DNA of 16,778 nucleotides from Escherichia coli (GTDB lineage Bacteria; Pseudomonadota; Gammaproteobacteria; Enterobacterales; Enterobacteriaceae): NCBI RefSeq assembly GCF_003334255.1, contig NZ_QOWU01000076.1; one strand, 5' to 3'. Shown piece by piece: positions 16,778 to 16,778 of this stretch (position 1 is its first letter; each line of letters starts with the position of its first letter). The notes under the pieces were generated by a model. It saw only the letters and a program-made list of their open reading frames with translations, ran no database searches and was not told where the DNA came from. The position numbers and the translations under genes were made by a program.

Positions 16778-16778
16778 A

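Larger units (their letters stand above)
15021..16778. mobile_element. Integrase-proximal end of a lambdoid prophage (continues beyond the window)
   Basis: Integrase plus excisionase-like gene on the minus strand directly abutting the truncated transporter gene; the att junction is expected between about 15021 and 15057. Confidence 0.7.

Noticed and set aside
1-16778. CRISPR arrays, tRNA or rRNA genes (for example a tRNA as integrase target)
   Set aside because: No regularly spaced short direct repeats and no tRNA-like cloverleaf sequence seen next to the integrase; the integration junction lies in a protein-coding gene instead.

Overview
Working from sequence alone (no database search), this window reads as an Escherichia coli-type chromosomal block flanked on both sides by phage-derived DNA. 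The block (about 4693-15020) carries ynfF and ynfE (tandem Tat-exported DMSO-reductase-family molybdoenzymes), ynfD, ynfC, speG, ynfB, ynfA and rspA-rspB. On the left, ynfG is cut off after codon 28 and replaced by a 4.7 kb island holding two AntA-type antirepressor genes (one truncated) with shared leader motifs, an overlapping ibrB/ibrA-type pair (ParB-like nuclease domain plus PAPS-reductase-like PP-loop enzyme), and a Panacea/DUF4065 protein with no obvious partner. On the right, a 36-codon remnant of a ydfJ-like MFS transporter gene abuts a lambdoid tyrosine integrase and excisionase-like gene, marking a prophage end that continues past the window. No rRNA, tRNA or CRISPR array was seen. 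The most promising candidate for an uncharacterised system is the left island, specifically the ibrB/ibrA-type pair and the neighbouring Panacea-domain gene. All family assignments rest on recalled motifs and should be confirmed by HMM or BLAST searches.
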